Positions 63,863 to 64,000 of a stretch of DNA of 64,000 nt are shown here, in pieces; position 1 is the stretch's first letter; every line of letters starts with the position of its first letter. Source of the stretch: Ramazzottius varieornatus (lineage: Eukaryota > Animalia > Tardigrada). The notes under the pieces are model-generated. The model saw only the letters and a program-made list of their open reading frames with translations. It was not told the origin of the DNA and searched no databases. The DNA lies in NCBI GenBank assembly GCA_001949185.1, contig BDGG01000006.1, positions 1,470,827 to 1,534,826 of the forward strand, written 5' to 3'. Both the position numbers and the translations under genes were made by a program.

Positions 63863-64000
63863 CTTATTTTTCTTTTGTTCTTTGTTGCAATTTGCTGTTG
63901 CGTATGTTCAGATTGTCGAACAGAAGAATCAAAGTTAGAAAGTCTTGAAATTCTGCTGACCGAATAGGACGATTGTTTGCTAATTATCAGAAATATTAAC

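Overview
Compact animal genomic DNA with GT-AG introns, many about 60 nt long. The gene content looks ecdysozoan and a tardigrade-type genome is my guess, not something the sequence proves. From 1.9 to 51.3 kb the window holds 12 recognisable spliced loci: a frameshifted fungal-type intradiol dioxygenase pseudogene (probable horizontal transfer), GPS2-like, an atypical Rho GTPase, KLHDC3, ERGIC2, ZFPL1, a short LARP1-like La-motif gene, MAU2, a 5xCUB-LDLa-TM protein, a SEPT6-group septin, and tandem soluble guanylyl cyclase alpha and beta genes. From 51.3 to 64 kb no gene is recognisable; it carries several MITE or foldback elements and a 50-N gap. The most striking unexplained structure is a dispersed ~115-bp palindromic element: GAGCTCG..AAAC.AACTCG.CAAGAT..TTTTCCAAGTGGCGCA-[spacer]-TGCGCCACTTGGAAAA..ATCTTG.CGAGTT.GTTT..CGAGCTC. 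I count 22 cores at 17 loci, 14 of the loci inside introns. The spacer is exactly 27 nt in 15 of 22 cores although its sequence is strongly diverged. Exon boundaries were inferred by eye.
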